31,611 nucleotides of DNA from Octopus sinensis (taxonomy: Eukaryota): positions 1 to 31,611 of the forward strand of contig NW_021832197.1 of NCBI RefSeq assembly GCF_006345805.1, given 5' to 3'. The notes beneath the pieces are model-generated. The model searched no databases and had not been told where the DNA came from. It saw only the letters and a program-made list of their open reading frames with translations. Position 1 is the first letter of the stretch; every line of letters starts with the position of its first letter. The position numbers and the translations under genes are program-made. Below are positions 12,636-25,556 of this stretch, one piece after another.

Positions 12636-12719
12636 GCATATATGTTTTCACTTATCCGTATCTGTCCGCTTGTCTGTCTGCGTCCCTATTTGTCTATCGA
12701 TCTCGCTAGCTAGCTAGCT

Positions 12720-12720
12720 A

Positions 12721-12806
<86 letters not shown>
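12720..12806. repeat. (GATA)n
   Basis: Directly visible. Confidence 0.97.
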
Positions 12807-12808
<2 letters not shown>

Positions 12809-12936
12809 AGAGTGAGAGAGTAAGAGTACGCACAAAGATCGATCGGAACATTTTGAATAAACATTTTGATTATGTACATTCATCACATAAAGTAATTTTT
12901 ATACCGATGGAAAATGGCGTATTAAATGTGAATTGT

Positions 12937-12983
<47 letters not shown>

Positions 12984-13567
12984 GGGGGGGGTTATATGTA
13001 CACACACACGCACACATGCATATACACACACATATACATATACACATAGGTGCCAAATTCAGTATAAACCGTAGATCCAAACCAGAGTTGGCTCCAGATA
13101 TAGTATATGTATAAAGAGCACAAATGTTATTCAAAATTCACAACACACACACACACACACACACACAGATCGATAGATTTATACACACGCTCGCGCGCAT
13201 GCGCACACATGTACAAACACGTTATTGTAATGGTAACACTTTGGCACGTATATGCCGAAAAACGTCATTGGTACATAAGAGTCTATATAGTTGTCAGACA
13301 AAAATCGTCTGCAATGTGCGCCGAAACTGTCAGATCACATAATTTCGACGTAATGCGTCTTTTCAGTGACAGCTTTCCACTCGCCGCATACCAATGAAAT
13401 CTCATTGCGAATTATGTACAGAATTACACCGACTCTTCAGGCACAGATACCATAAATAAGCTATAAGGTTTATTAAAAAATAATTATCAGCGACAATGAA
13501 TTACGAAAAAAGCATATTCTTTAGCAGTTAATCAGTTCAATTCTTAAAAACCCATAGAGTAATATAA

Positions 13568-13662
13568 TACAGTAACCCCTCGTCTATCGCGGGTGCTACG
13601 TTTCAGAATCTCTTCCGGCGGTAGGTGAAAATCCGCGAAGTTAGAAACAGTACTGTACTGTA
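13568..13662 (+). mobile_element. Left end of a pogo/Tigger-like MITE
   Basis: TA-CAGTAACCCCTCGTCTATCGCGG...aaaatccgcga; related in reverse complement to the end at 27857-27882. Confidence 0.55.
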
Positions 13663-14139
13663 AGTGCTACTCAAACTATTTGATGTGCGTACCGGCAGTT
13701 TTTTTTTCCAATGTGCCAGGGATCGTAATATTTCTTAGTAATATTAATTTATACTGGAAAAAATAGAACTCGAGCTAGATACCGCTACATAATAAAAGCA
13801 TGCAAGTATTGAATTAAAAAAAAAAAAACCTTGTCGGATTGAAAAAGTGGAAGGCTGCTCGAACGACTTTAACCCAAATCTATTGTAGTCATGATGGAAT
13901 TTTCAGACAGAAATTAGTGTGTCGCAGCATGTGACAAACTTCAACGGTTTGAATTACTGGTATACTCCATGCAATGAGGTTCTGCCTCCTTTTATAGAGT
14001 TGCCGTCTACCTCCTCTCGCTCACAAATAATGATTGGACCCAAGGGTAATGAAACAATCTCTGTAAAATGTCACGCAGTGTGACACGAACCTTGGATCTA
14101 GTGGTCACGAAGCGAACTCCTTACCCACTCGTACTGTAA

Positions 14140-14189
14140 TACACGCACGCACGCACGCACACACACACAACACACACACACACACACAC

Positions 14190-14234
<45 letters not shown>

Positions 14235-14495
14235 GATACACGTACATGCACAAACAAACACCCCGCACACACATACAAACAACCCCACACACATGCACGC
14301 AAACTCCCACATATATAAATAAAATATATATTCATACAAACACACACACACACACACAAACATATATATACACATATATGTATGTATTTAAATACGTATA
14401 TATATATTATATATGTATATATATACATATATATGTACATACGTAAGCATATGTATATACATATATATACTATATATATATATATATATCCATAA

Positions 14496-14544
<49 letters not shown>

Positions 14545-14612
14545 AATTGAGATAGGGGTTGTAAATGCAACCCTCCATGGGATATATATATATACATATA
14601 TACATACATACA

Positions 14613-14643
<31 letters not shown>

Positions 14644-14720
14644 TTATATAAATATATTGGACGCACATAGGCACGCACTTCTATATACATATATACACAA
14701 ATATGTATATATATATATTC
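14140..14720. repeat. Compound (CA)n/(TA)n/(TACA)n microsatellite
   Basis: Directly visible. Confidence 0.93.
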
Positions 14721-15239
14721 AGATATTCAGATATTCAGATATGCAAGCCTATACAGTATACACAACACACAATTAACACATGTACGCTTACAATTGCAAA
14801 CACAATGGTTGCTCTGTATATTTGCTTTGAACAAACATTAAGTGTGTGTTCTAAACACATAAAGTCATTTTTATACTGATAGAAAATATGTATTAAATGT
14901 GTATTATGTATTTTATACGCATCTGTGTCTTTTATTCATCTTCCGGTTTATCTCCCTTACGCCCTTCACCCGACCCTATCTCTTTATATATATATAGATA
15001 TATATATATACATATGATTATATATACATTCATATATATATATATATATATATATATAAGCATATGTATATATAGATATATATATATATATATATATCAT
15101 ATTCATATTCATATATATATATATATTATATATATATATATATATACAGAAACAAAGAGGGAGAGAAGTGGGGGATGCGTATATACACCCACATATGTAT
15201 ATATTTACATGTGTTTATAAATGTATATGTACGCGTATG

Positions 15240-15885
15240 GTGAGTAAATCAGATCAAAAGTTTGGCATGGAGTACTGACAAATTTACGACATGCCACTTT
15301 GAAGGCTACCTCCGTGCAATTTAAGAACAGGGGTTTCCCACCAAGTATCTACAGCATAAAAAATCAGAAAACATGACAGGCAACAAATGTAGATTGTTGA
15401 AGACATTAACCACGTTATTGCCAACTGCAAGAGAACGTTTTCCAGATATTATCTTCCCGTGAGATATGGTGTAACGGCCAGAGCGGTCTGGAACAGGATA
15501 GGTTAATGGAAATTACCAACAGACAAAGGCTGATGTGTGAAAAGAATTTTGGTGGAACTTGAAGATTAAAACAACCACCATGTTAAAACACGACTGACCA
15601 TATACGGTTGTGTGAGACTACAAGAAAAACTATGCAGTGTCGTAGAATTCAGCCGCCTTCTGGACACTGATGTGGTAATAAAATACAGGGGAAAGAAAAC
15701 TTCTATGGACCATTGATGTGTTTGCAAGTCCAGTGCCTGATTATTGGGGCAACACGATATGTGCCAATCCACCTTGATCAAAGCAACGCTGAACTTGGGA
15801 TCTTGGGGATAGAATGCGACTCCTTAAGTCATACGCTACGAATGATCGCGATATCTGGGACAATAAAAATCTTAAGATTTAAAGG
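15240..15885 (+). mobile_element. Decayed R4/Dong-like retrotransposon (CCHC knuckle plus endonuclease)
   Basis: Fragments SLAWSTDKFTTCHFEGYLRAI*EQ, NKCRL..VEDINHVIANC..SRYYLPVRY, KEFWWNLKIKT, LCSVVEFS, KENFYGPL and ISGTIKI; disrupted by stops and frameshifts. Confidence 0.75.
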
Positions 15886-16328
15886 ATGATAGACAAAACA
15901 AGACGCTTTCTTTCACAACCTTGCTATCAAGAAGGGGGCCGATCAAAATTTACTTTAAATTGAAAAGAGAAAAAACAAAATACACACTCACGCACACACA
16001 TATGTACGTACGTATGTAAGCATGTATGTATGTCATTGTTCAGTTTAATTTCAAGATTTCTTGCCAATAGAGAAAGAGCCGGTTTCTAACCTAGATTCAA
16101 AGCTCCTTCATTGGCATTTCAACATCAAAAACGGTATTTTTGTTTGTATGTTTGTATGTATGTATACAAGCAGATTTACATGTTTTGCTTCACGTATATA
16201 TTCTCATGCATATAGTTGCATATCTAGACATGTTCATGTATGCACGTATATATGTATGTATGCATGTATCTATGTATGTGTGTGTGTGTGCGCGCGCATC
16301 TATAGGTGTCTAAGCGTGTTTACTACAG

Positions 16329-16332
16329 GTAG

Positions 16333-16371
<39 letters not shown>

Positions 16372-16375
16372 AAAC

Positions 16376-16418
<43 letters not shown>

Positions 16419-16590
16419 CAGAGATCGATAGACAGACAGACAGACAGACAGACATATAGACAGACAAACAGACAGACAGACATAGATAGATAGATGATAG
16501 ATATAGAAAACAGATAAATAGAAATATAGATAGATGATAGATAGCTAGAGAGATAGATAAATAGACAGACAGACAGATAGATATATAGAT
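16329..16590. repeat. (GATA)n/(GACA)n/(GA)n
   Basis: Directly visible. Confidence 0.95.
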
Positions 16591-17474
16591 CAGACACAGG
16601 TCTTCTCTGTATAGAATAGACTTCGTAGAGCTCAAGAGATTTGAACTTGTGCAGGTAGAGGAGTAAATGTAAGGACAAGCAAGTTAGGCAGGTCGATATG
16701 CAAGAAATATTAAACACATTCAAACGTGGAATGTATATATGTATATATATGAAGAAAGTACGACTTGGACAGAACGGAAAAGATACTAGGAATTAAAGGG
16801 GTTGAGTAGAAGCTTTACGTGTGTGTGTGTATGTGTGCGCTCTTGTTGTGTGTTTATGTGTGAGAGTGTGCATGTTTGTAAGTGTGTGTGCGTGTATGTG
16901 TGTATGTGTGGGTGGGGTGTGTGTGTTTGTGTTTTTGTGTCTGTAGGTGTTTGTGTGTGTGTGTGCGTGTGTGCGTTTTGTGGCCAATAATGAAACGGTC
17001 CAAGCATTGTAGTTTTGTGACGTTGTGTCGAACACCTGTTGTCACGTGTGGGTCAGTCTCTGGCCATTGACCACGACCATTATCACTATCGACCCAAGGC
17101 CCTCTCTGCGCCTTAATTAGTTTGGGTGGGCGGCTTTCCTTGGTCTGGTGCGGTCGATAAGATAGCGTAAGTACCAGTAACACAGCGACAGCGATGTACC
17201 TGACGCCCTTCCCCTCAAAACTGTTGGCTTTCGGCCAAAATGTGAAATCATTATTCTTATTATTAAAATATTTATATTTGATTCTGCTTTATAATTCAAT
17301 AAATCAATTGAAATTAATTAATATAGAACCAATTAAGAGACAACGCCTTTTCCCTCCTCCCCCTCCATCTCCTCTGCTGTATTGTTTCTCTCCCTCGTCT
17401 TGCAAGACTTCGTCACTTTTCCAAAGACTTCGCCAACACTGGAATCACGAGCAACATTTCTACAAATGAAATTA

Positions 17475-17746
17475 CCATCACCACCACCAACCACCAACCA
17501 CCAATACCATCATCATCACCATCATCATCATCATCATCAACACCACCACCACTACCACCACCACCACCACCATCATCAATATCATCACCACCACCATCAT
17601 CATCATCAGCCCCACCACCACAACCATCATCAATATCATCACCACCACCATCACAACCACCACCACCACCACCACCACCACCATCAACACAACCACCATC
17701 ACATCACCACCATCATCACAACCACCACCACCACCATCACCATCAT

Positions 17747-17777
<31 letters not shown>

Positions 17778-19110
17778 ACTACTACTACTACTACCAACAA
17801 CTGCACACCAAAACATTGCTCGTCTAAAGCTGTAGTTCATAAGATGTGAGAGTCACGGCTAGAGTGTCCGGAGTGTGTTGGATCAGTGTAGATCCGGCAC
17901 AAAACAGTCACAACAACAACAACATAACAACAACAATATTTACAGCATTCCCAACCGTGATAACAATAACCGCAGTAATAACAACAACAACAACAACAAC
18001 AACAGTAGCAGCAGTAGCAGAAGCAGCAGCAGCGGGTCCCATAACCGCAATAACATCAACATCAACAATATTTCTTGTAATTATGTCATAACAACCAGCC
18101 AACAATTTCCAAATGAGACGCCATCAACATTTTCGATGTTGCTGTCCAACTGCATACCACTCCTCCTACCACCTCTACTCCGTCTGCTCCCCCTACTCCC
18201 CTCTTAATCCCTCTACTCCTCCCTCCATTCTCTGTCATTCTTTTTCTTTCTTTTTTTCTTCACATTGCAACACATTGTTGCCCATTATTGCACATTACTG
18301 CATTCTGTTGCACCTTGATGTTGTTGTTGTTGTTGTTAGTGGTGGTGGTGGTTGTGGTGGTGGTTGTGGTGGTGGTGGTGGTGGTCGTGGTGGTCGTGGT
18401 GGTGGTCGTGGTGGTTGTGGTCGTGGTGTGTGTGTGTGTGTGTGTGGTTGACCTACTCCTCCATTTTGTTATCTCCTCACACCGCACCTCATTTCCATTT
18501 AGCAATGAGAAATTGCAATAAATAAATAAACAAGTAAATAAGTAAAAATACGATTAAAAATTTTGTTCTTCAAACTCAAAAATCTTTCGCAATTACTGCT
18601 GACGATGATGCTGCCGATGCAAGTGATAATGGTGAAGACGACAACGACGACGACGATGATGATGATGATAGTGGTGGTGGTGGTGATGATGATGATGATG
18701 GTGGTGGCGGTGGTGGTGGTGGTGATGGTGATGGTGGTGGTGTTGGTAGTGGTGTTGGTGATGATGATGATAATGATGATGATAGACGTGGTGGTGGTGA
18801 TGATGATGATAGAGGTGTGGTGTTGGTGATGATGATGATGGTAATAGTGATGGTGGTGGTGATGATGATGATGATGATGATAATGGTGGTGGTGGTGGTG
18901 GTGGTGGTGGTGGTGGTAGTGGTGGTGGTGGTGGTGATGATGATAGAAGTGATGATAATGACAACGGTGGTTATGGTGGGTGTTTTGGTGATGATTATGG
19001 TAGTGGCAGAGATGCAGTTGGTGTTGCTGTTGCCATAGTAGCAGCCCTGCAGTACTAGATCATCATCATCATCGTCGTCGTCTTCATCACCACCACCAAC
19101 AACAGCAGCG
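17475..19110. repeat. Cluster of trinucleotide tracts (CAC/CAT, CAA, GGT/GAT) with short unique spacers
   Basis: Directly visible. Confidence 0.9.
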
Positions 19111-19314
19111 GTAGTGTCGGCAATAGTTTTTGTTTTTAAGCACCCCGAGTTAGCCTTAATCAAGGAGCATAGTCCAACTGTGACCATCACATCGTTTATT
19201 TTGTTCATTCATCTCATAATTACACCGTTCGCAATATGTTTGTCCTTCTTTTCGTTAGACAGTAGGATAGGGTTTCATGGAGATTTCACTGCTAATTTGA
19301 GCAGATCTAATGGC

Positions 19315-19351
<37 letters not shown>

Positions 19352-19549
19352 AGAGACAAAGTATGACAGAGAGAAAGAGATGAAAGAAGGAGAGAGAAAA
19401 AGGAGTAGAGAGGAAAAGTGAATGAGAGAGAGAGAAATAGAGAGAGAGAGAGAGAACGAGAAAGAGGGAGAGAGAGAGATTCCCTGGGTGGCTAGCAGAA
19501 CGTAAACATCGAGCTTTTCTGCTGGAACGCGTTTAAAGAACCCTGAAAC

Positions 19550-19552
<3 letters not shown>

Positions 19553-19647
<95 letters not shown>

Positions 19648-19697
19648 TTAATAATAATAATAATAATGATGATGATGATGATGATGACGACGACGAC
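19553..19697. repeat. (TAA)n grading into (TGA)n and (CGA)n
   Basis: Directly visible. Confidence 0.95.
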
Positions 19698-19944
19698 GCG
19701 CCGTTGCATATAATCGAAGACCAACATGCAGAATGTCTTTGCACAATGGGATAAACTTGTGTAGCGAAACACAAGCGATGCAAGGCTCAATGTTTTCCAA
19801 CGCTTGAACACGATTGGACTATTGTGAAAAGGCCTCTTAAATATTTGTCACAAAGATCAGCCTATTTCTACGGGAAATTCTGATGTCGATGTTGGTGACG
19901 TTGTTGTTGACGTTGTTAATGCTGTTTAGGTTCATATCAACCTT

Positions 19945-20100
19945 GTCTGCGCGGTAAGAAGCTTGCTTCTTAACCGCATTGTTCCGGGTTCAGTCCCACT
20001 GTGTAGCACCTTGGGCAAGCGTCTTCTGCTATAGCCTCGGGCCGACCGAAGCAATATGAGTAGATTTGGGAGATGGAAACTGGTAGAATCTCGTCGTATA
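19945..20100 (+). mobile_element. SINE family A 5' half
   Basis: ggtaagaagcttgctt...gttccgggttcagtcccactg...ccttgggcaag. Confidence 0.85.
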
Positions 20101-20116
20101 TATATTTGTATGTATA

Positions 20117-20529
20117 TTCTTTTATTTGCTTCAGTCATTTGACTGCGGCCATAGTGGAACACCACCTTTTAGTCGAGCAAATCGATCGCAGAGCTTATTC
20201 TTTGTAAGCCTAGTACTTATTCTATCGGTCTCTTTTTGCCGAACCGCTAAGTTACGGGGATGTAAACACATCAGCATCGCATGTCAAGTGATGTTGGGGG
20301 TGGACAAACATAGACACACAAACACAAACGCACACACAACACACACACACATACATACATATATACGACTGACTTCTTTCAGTTTCTGTCTACCAAACCC
20401 ACTTACAAGGCTTTGATCGGCCCGAGGCTATAGAAGAAGACACTTGCCCAAGGTGTCACGCAGTAAGACTGAATTCGGAACGATATGGTTGGTAAGCAAG
20501 CTACTTACCACACAGCCAATCCTACGCCT
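20117..20529 (-). mobile_element. SINE family A, full length
   Basis: Complete reverse-complement match to the + strand copies. Confidence 0.9.
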
Positions 20530-20626
20530 ATGTATGTGGAACTTTTTCCATCTTGTTGCTCTGTTAAAGTATTTGAGAAAAATTATATTTATGTGTCCAA
20601 CTGGTTAGAATTCTATTTGTTTATTT

Positions 20627-20715
20627 GTGCAGCTGATGATGGCATTGCCTTTAAATTGATGCAATGATTGCATTGTTCAATTAATATGCAGCCGCTTGAA
20701 ACGGTCGTACCGCAT
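20627..20715 (+). ncRNA. Degenerate type I hammerhead-like motif
   Basis: GTGCAG-CTGATGA (20633-20639), a long imperfect hairpin, GAAA (20698-20701), CGGTCG-TA-CCGCAT. The base of stem II is out of register. Confidence 0.55.
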
Positions 20716-20914
20716 CACTACTTAATATACTGTTGCTTATTTTGATTTTATTCACCTTACTTCAAACTGTGCGAATAATACCGGACTGACATGGTGCTTC
20801 AACTTAAGTACCTAATTCAACCGAATCTCAGTTATTTCTCGTGTGTGCGCGTGTGTGTATGTTTGTATGTATATATGAATGTATGTATGTATGTATTTGT
20901 ATGTGTGTGTGCCT

Positions 20915-21118
20915 GTGAGTGTCCCTCTACCATCGCTTGGCAATCGATGGTGGTGTGTTTATGTCTCCCGTAACTTAGCGGTTCTGTGAAAAAGACCGAT
21001 GGAATAAGAACTAGGCTTACAAAAAAATAATTCCTGGGGTCGATTTCTTCGACATATATCCTTTAAGATGGTACCAGCATGGCCACAGTCAAATGACTGA
21101 AACAAGTAAAAAAAGTAA
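20915..21118 (+). mobile_element. SINE family A 3' half
   Basis: catcgcttggcaatcgatg...cgtaacttagcggttc...cagtcaaatgactgaaacaag. Confidence 0.85.
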
Positions 21119-21134
21119 ATAATAATAATAATCC

Positions 21135-21781
21135 ATTCTGCTAAAAGCACAAGGCCTGAAATTTGTGGGCGGGGTGGGAGAATTAATCAACAGGTACATC
21201 GACCCCAGTACACAACTGGTACTTAATTTATCGACCCCTAAAGGATGAAAAACAAAGTCAACCTCGGCGGAATTTGAACTCAGACGAACGAAAAGCCGCT
21301 AAGCATTTTGCCCGGTCTGCTAACGATTTTAACAATAATATTCCTTTTTAATTGAAGGCGGCAAAAATCGTTAGCCGGACAAACTGCTTAGTGGCAATTC
21401 GTCCGTCTTTTATGATCTGAGTTCAAATTCCGCCGAAGTCGCCTTTCCCTTTTCTCATTTGGGGATCGATAAAATAAGTACCAGTTACGTACTGGAGTCG
21501 ATGTAATAGACTTGACCACTCCGCCGAAATTCTTGGCTCTGTGCCAACATTTTGAAGCCAGTATTGGTTTAAAATTTTAGCACAAAGCCAGCAATTTTGA
21601 AGGCAGACGGTAAGTTAATTACATCAACTCCAGTACATAACTGGGACTCTATTTTATCGACTTCGAAAGGACGAAAGGCAGAGTTGATCTCGACGAGATT
21701 TGATCTCAGAACGTAAAGACGGACGAGATGCAGCTAAGCATTTTGTCTGGCGTACTAACGGTTCTGCCATCTCGCCGCCTT
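21135..21781. mobile_element. Three adjacent SINE family B copies (-, +, -)
   Basis: Approximately 21135-21332 (-), 21357-21560 (+) and 21565-21781 (-), each with the B-box and the core. Confidence 0.85.
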
Positions 21782-21823
21782 AGACTCATTATAACAAATG
21801 GCGTCCCAGCCGCGACCGTCTAG

Positions 21824-21893
<70 letters not shown>

Positions 21894-22084
21894 AAGTTTA
21901 TCTAGGACGACATTCTTATCCTTAACCCCATGTCCTTAACCTTAACCCTTGTTATCCTTAACCCTATGTCATTCCTGACTGATCACACAGACATATATTA
22001 TGAAAGACCTTCCAACCATGCACATCATCACTTTTATTCAGACATAAATTGGATCTAGAATTATATTCTTCAATATGTCCTCTG

Positions 22085-22115
<31 letters not shown>

Positions 22116-22124
22116 CGTGGTGGT

Positions 22125-22340
22125 GGCGTTTAGTCCTAGGTCATACTTAAGGGAGCAGACGGACCTATGATCAAAATCGTTCCATCCGTGACCATTCAGA
22201 TTAGTATTCAGCTGGCATATAGTGTGTCTAGGATTATATTGTTCAATGTTATTGCTGTTGTTGTTTAATCGCTGATAATTCCTAGGCGAGCTGCCAGACT
22301 TGTGATCAAAGACGTTCCGGCCGTGATCATCCCATCTATT
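22125..22340 (-). mobile_element. Two short (CAA)n-tailed retroelement 3' fragments
   Basis: About 70-bp motif gtttag..c.aggtca...tgatcaaa..cgttcc..ccgtgaccat occurs twice, and again near 29600-29680. Confidence 0.55.
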
Positions 22341-22442
22341 ATTCAGACGTACAAGTGTATCTAAGTAAGACATCTGTCCAATTGAGTAAATCAAGAAAAA
22401 GAGATTTACGATCACATTATCGAATGTGCCATTTTCCCGTTT

Positions 22443-22838
22443 TCTATCTTTTACTTGTTTCAGTCATGAGACTGCGGCCATGCTGTGGCAACGCCTTCAA
22501 GAATTTCAGTCGAACGAATCGACTCCAGTACTTTTTTAAAGGCTATTAAGTTACGGGAACGTAAACACACCAACACCCGTTCTCAGACGGTGGTGGTGGT
22601 GGTGACGGGGGACAAACACAAACACAAAGACACACACTTACACACACACACACACATACACTCAGGCGAGTGTGTGTGTGTATATGACGGGTTTCTTTCA
22701 GTTTCCATCAATTAAATCCATTCACAAGGCTTTAGTCGGCCAGTAGCTATAGAAGACAAATGCCCAAGGTGCCACGTAGTGAGACTGAACTCGGAACGAT
22801 ACGGTTGGGAAGCAAGCTTCTTACCACACAGCCACGCC
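22443..22838 (-). mobile_element. SINE family A, near full length
   Basis: Reverse-complement match to the family A head and tail. Confidence 0.88.
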
Positions 22839-22954
22839 TATAAAGACGACAGAGAAATATTTTGAGGCTTAATTGACTACTGCTTTTAGCAAACGGCTCA
22901 AGGGATTCTCTTACGTCTTGAAACCTCGTTGTCGTTTCAGCAAAGACCATGTGA

Positions 22955-22987
<33 letters not shown>

Positions 22988-23349
22988 ACACTAAAACGGG
23001 TGTGGAGAGATCATCGAAGATTTGACAAGACATCTTACCCGGTTACTTAATTTGAAGATAAGGGCCATCCATTAATTAATCACTGCGCTCATTTGATTTT
23101 CCGGTTCACAAAGATTCTTTAAAAAATTATGATTTTTATGGGATTTTCTTAAAAGAGAATCGGTGTTGATTCGCCTCGTCTCTTTTCACCATTCTTTCAA
23201 TGGAACATAATCACATATTCTACCAGATTCCTTCTTTGTTTTTGTGGCTTTTGTTGTTGTTGTTATTGTTGCTGTTATTATTGCTGTCCTTGTTGTTATT
23301 ATAATTTCAGGAGTAGAGACAATTAATTTTCAATATTAAATTTAATTAA

Positions 23350-24096
23350 AGCGGCAAGTTGGCAGAATCGTTACTGCGCCGGAAAAAACGCTTTAGAGGC
23401 ATTTCTTCCGACTTTACGTTCCGAGTTCAAATGCCGTCGGGGGTCGACTTCGCCTTTCATCTTCCGGGGATCGATAAATGAGCACCAGTTGAATGATATC
23501 AATTTACCCCCTCACCGAAACTATTGGTCTTGTGCCAAAATTTGAAACCAAAATTAAATTTCATTAAGGCGGCGCGCTGACAATCGTTAGCACACCGGAT
23601 AAAATGCTTAGCGGCATTTCGTCCGTCTTTACGTTCTGAGTTAAAATTCCGCCGAGGTCGACTTTGCCTTTCATCCTTTCGGTGTCGATAAATTAAGTAC
23701 CAGTTACGCACTGGAGTCGCTCTAATCGACTGACCCCCTCTCCCAAAATTTCGAGCCTTGTGCCTAGAGTAGAAAAGGATAGTCTAAAGGCGGCAAGCTG
23801 GCAGAAATGTTAGCACACCGGATAAAATGCTTAGCGGCATTTCGTCCGTCTTTACGTTCTGAGTTAAAATTCTGCCGAGGTCGACTTTGCCTTTCATCCT
23901 TTCGGTGTCGATAAATTAAGTACTAGTTACGCACTGGAGTCGATGTAATCGACTTAATCCGTTTGCCTGTCCTTGTTTGTCCCCTCTGTGTTTGGCCCTT
24001 TGTGGGTAGTAAAGAAATAGGTATTTCGTCCGTCTTTACGTTCCAAGTTCAAATTCCACCGAGGTCGACTTTGCCTTTCATTCTTTCAAGGTCGAT
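23350..24096 (+). mobile_element. Tandem SINE family B copies; the last is interrupted by a NUMT
   Basis: Heads at about 23350, 23568 and 23789, a partial unit from 24020, and a break at GGTCGAT 24090-24096. Confidence 0.9.
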
Positions 24097-24288
24097 GCTG
24101 GATTTAAATTAACCGTAAGGTGTAGAGGCTTTATTGAGTAAATCTGTTCGATTTTTTAAAATTTTACGTGATCTGAGTTCAAACCGGTGAAAACCAGGTT
24201 GGTTTTTATCTTTTAGATTTTATTTTATTTAGTACGAAAGGATTGATTATAGTTGATTAAGAAGAATTAATTTGTGTAAATACTATTA
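24092..24288 (+). pseudogene. rrnL: NUMT: 3' end of mitochondrial 16S rRNA
   Basis: TCGATGCTGGATT (compare conserved CTCGATGTTGGATT), TCTGTTCGA, ACGTGATCTGAGTTCAAACCGG at 24166-24187 (16Sbr primer site), and AGTACGAAAGGA. Confidence 0.93.
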
Positions 24289-24344
24289 ATAAGATTGGCA
24301 GAAATATGTGAATAATTTAGGTTTATTTTATAAAAGTATATCTT
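24289..24344 (+). pseudogene. trnL1: NUMT: mitochondrial tRNA-Leu(UAG), probably 3'-truncated
   Basis: TGGCAGA D-arm; anticodon arm AATAA-TTTAGGT-TTATT with TAG at 24318-24320; lies directly after rrnL. Confidence 0.8.
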
Positions 24345-24354
24345 AAATATAAGT

Positions 24355-24610
24355 ATGCTTCGTTCATTACGAAAAACTCATCTTGTTTTGCAATTGCCAT
24401 CACCTGTTAATGTGGGTTTGATAAAATTTTGGTTCTTTGCAAGGATTGTGTTTAATTATAAGGGTTATTTTTCTTGCTATACATTCTAATGGGGCTTCTT
24501 TTTTCTTTATTTGTTTATATATACATATTGGTCGTGGTTTATATTATGGGTTATATATAAATATTCACACTTGAAATGTTGGAGTATTATCATATATTTT
24601 GGTAATATTT
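24355..24610 (+). pseudogene. cob: NUMT: cytochrome b 5' part with internal deletions
   Basis: Invertebrate mitochondrial code gives [80 protein letters not shown]. Confidence 0.93.
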
Positions 24611-25145
24611 GGTCGATAAATTAAGTACCAGTTGCGTACTGGGGTCGGTCTAATCGACCGGCCCCACTCCCCTAAAATTTCGGGCCTTGTGCCTTTGGCA
24701 GAAAGGATTACTGATTTCTTACATTAAGGTGGCAATATTGCAGAATCGTTTGCGTGTCGGACATAATGCTTTGCGGTATTTCTTCCGGAATTTTACTGGG
24801 ACGATAAAAATGAAGTACCTGTCAGATGTTAGAGATCGATGTAATCGACTTAACCCCTCACCCCCCTCTGCATTTCAGGCCTTGTGCTTATAGTAGTAAC
24901 AATTTCCTACATAGAAACAAGATCAGAAATTTAAGAGGGAGAGATCAGTTGAATTCAGCGATCCCTTATTTGGTTGGTACTTTAATTGATCCCAGGGAGA
25001 ATGAAGAACAACATTAACCTCAGTGGAACTAAAAACTTACAACTTGAAAGAGCAGGAGAAAACAGCTGATCTGGGTGAGGACTGAACTCTGAACGTAAAG
25101 ATCTGGAATAAATACCATAAGGAATTTTAACTGCTGCTCTAATGA
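24611..25145. mobile_element. Resumed SINE B tail (24611-24710) plus two further diverged B copies (+, -)
   Basis: ggtcgataaattaagtaccagttgcgtactgggg continues the SINE broken at 24096. Confidence 0.8.
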
Positions 25146-25513
25146 TGTTGCTATATCACCGCCTGTGAGATGAACGCTGTAGCAGCATCAACTGTGGAGG
25201 AGACGAACAGAAGTGCGCCACCTCTGCTCCGAGGTTGTTTCCTCTTAACTTCTAGAAAAATCGATATTTTTTCATGAAATTTCCTGGAGAAACCTTTCAG
25301 ATTCTCCAGATTATGGTTATATCGGGATTTAATGTAAAGAATTAAAAAGAAGAAAAAAATATATATATTGTGGGCGCGCATACATACTGATACATATCAA
25401 ACATTTATATTGCTTGTTAGCTCTGTAGACGAGAAGTCGTCGTAGTTGTTTATAAAAGTGACGAAATGGAAGAACTGACGGCATCCATGAGTGAGAAAAT
25501 TTGTGTTAAATGT

Positions 25514-25551
<38 letters not shown>

Positions 25552-25556
<5 letters not shown>

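Noticed and set aside
13365-13446. Minus-strand CTGAAGAG...GAAAGCTG hammerhead-like spacing
   Set aside because: Stem II does not close against GAAA, and the cleavage position would be G.
16034-16140. Minus-strand CCAATGAAGG...GAAACCGGCTC resembling a pLTR ribozyme relic
   Set aside because: Too many core mismatches to support from one copy.
21917-21966. CCTTAACCC repeats as interstitial telomere
   Set aside because: Only about four irregular units, and not true (CCCTAA)n.
24092-24610. Functional mitochondrial genes or mtDNA contamination
   Set aside because: Stops, frameshifts, deletions and nuclear SINE flanks indicate a nuclear pseudogene.
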